A stretch of 38,372 nt of DNA from a virus (taxonomy: Duplodnaviria; Heunggongvirae; Uroviricota; Caudoviricetes): the IMG/VR virus record IMGVR_UViG_2718218129_000003; one strand, 5' to 3'. A model generated the notes under the pieces. It had not been told where the DNA came from. It searched no databases and saw nothing but the letters and a program-made list of their open reading frames with translations. The translations under genes were made by a program, and so were the position numbers. Below, one piece after another: positions 37,320 to 38,372 of this stretch; positions within the stretch are counted from its first letter, which is position 1; each line of letters begins with the position of its first letter.

Positions 37320-38372
37320 ATGGCTGTACGAAAACTCACCACAGGAAAATGGCTTTGCGAATGTTACCCCGCCGGACGTAGTGGGCGTCGTGTGCGTAAA
37401 CAATTCGCCACCAAAGGCGAAGCACTGGCTTTTGAGCGTCACACGATGGAAGAAACCGAAGCAAAGCCCTGGCTAGGTGAATCAGTGGATCGTCGAACAC
37501 TGAAAGACGTGGTTGAGCTATGGTTCAAACTACATGGTAAATCACTGACTGCTGGGCAGCATGTCTATGACAAATTGCTGCTGATGGTTGACGCTCTGGG
37601 CAATCCCCTTGCAACTGATCTAACCTCTAAAATGTTTGCCCACTATCGAGATAAACGCCTGACAGGTGAGATCTACTTCAGCGAGAAATGGAAGAAAGGA
37701 GCAAGCCCGGTCACCATTAACCTGGAGCAAAGCTATCTAAGTAGTGTTTTTAGCGAACTATCCCGCCTGGGCGAATGGTCGTATCCGAACCCACTGGAGA
37801 ACATGCGAAAATTCACCATCGCAGAAAAAGAGATGGCATGGCTTACCCATGAGCAGATTGTTGAATTACTGGCTGATTGCAAACGTCAGGACCCAATTCT
37901 GGCACTGGTAGTTAAGATATGCTTAAGCACAGGCGCACGCTGGCGAGAAGCCGTAAATCTTACTCGTTCACAGGTGACCAAATACCGAATTACCTTTGTA
38001 AGAACGAAGGGGAAGAAAAACAGAAGCATCCCTATCAGTAAAGAGCTTTACGAAGAGATCATGGCGCTTGATGGGTTCAATTTCTTCACAGACTGCTATT
38101 TTCAATTTTTATCCGTGATGGAAAAAACGTCTATCGTGCTCCCTCGCGGTCAACTCACACACGTTCTGCGCCATACGTTTGCGGCGCACTTCATGATGTC
38201 GGGTGGAAACATTCTGGCCTTACAAAAAATTCTCGGACACCACGATATAAAAATGACTATGCGTTACGCACATCTGGCACCGGATCATCTGGAAACGGCG
38301 CTCCGTTTCAATCCTCTGGCAACGCTGCCAAGTGGCGACAAAGTGGCGGCAGCGGTTGGCATTACCCCGTAA
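37320..38372 (+). CDS. int: Tyrosine integrase (P2/186 family)
   Basis: Start chosen at MAVRKLTTGKW with a GGAGG ribosome-binding site. C-terminal catalytic region has R…HVLRHTFA…LGHHDIKMTMRYAHL, the R-H-R-Y signature. Stop codon is at the window end. Confidence 0.85.
   Translation: MAVRKLTTGKWLCECYPAGRSGRRVRKQFATKGEALAFERHTMEETEAKPWLGESVDRRTLKDVVELWFKLHGKSLTAGQHVYDKLLLMVDALGNPLATDLTSKMFAHYRDKRLTGEIYFSEKWKKGASPVTINLEQSYLSSVFSELSRLGEWSYPNPLENMRKFTIAEKEMAWLTHEQIVELLADCKRQDPILALVVKICLSTGARWREAVNLTRSQVTKYRITFVRTKGKKNRSIPISKELYEEIMALDGFNFFTDCYFQFLSVMEKTSIVLPRGQLTHVLRHTFAAHFMMSGGNILALQKILGHHDIKMTMRYAHLAPDHLETALRFNPLATLPSGDKVAAAVGITP

Larger units (their letters stand above)
2779..38372. mobile_element. 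P2/186-family temperate myovirus prophage (left junction approximate, right end beyond window)
   Basis: Conserved P2 gene order ogr-D-U-T-E-FII-FI-(invertase)-H-I-J-W-V-S-R-lysCBA-K-Y-X-L-M-N-O / P-Q, a cos-like site, replication gene A, a 186-type immunity region and an integrase. Left boundary must lie between the ybjL stop and ogr. Confidence 0.85.

Overview
The window holds a short host flank of an E. coli-like chromosome (grxA, ybjM, ybjL; 1..2620) followed by an almost complete P2/186-family myovirus prophage that runs from about 2.8 kb to the window end. All calls are made by eye from the sequence and ORF track, with protein-family recognition from memory and no database search. Reading left to right, the prophage contains the Ogr/B-type late activator, the tail genes (D, U, T, E/E+E', FII, FI), a Gin/Pin/Hin-family serine invertase with an invertible tail-fibre segment flanked by 26-bp inverted crossover sites, the baseplate genes (I, J, W, V, S, R), the lysis cassette (LysC, LysB, LysA, endolysin, holin), and the head and packaging genes (X, L, M, N, O, P, Q). 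Between the portal gene and replication gene A lies an AT-rich cargo region. It carries a tightly coupled three-gene operon of unrecognisable proteins (25601..27828), which is the best candidate for an undescribed anti-phage system. The same region has a cos-like sequence, a DarT/DarG toxin-antitoxin defence pair, and a LexA-box-controlled two-gene module ending in a DinI-like protein. The early region is 186-like: replication protein A, a Dam-family methyltransferase, a TraR/DksA-type zinc-finger protein, small early ORFs, CII-like and Apl-like genes, a CI-type repressor, a small secreted Cys-rich ORF, and a tyrosine integrase whose stop codon ends the window. The int-side attachment site is therefore outside the window.
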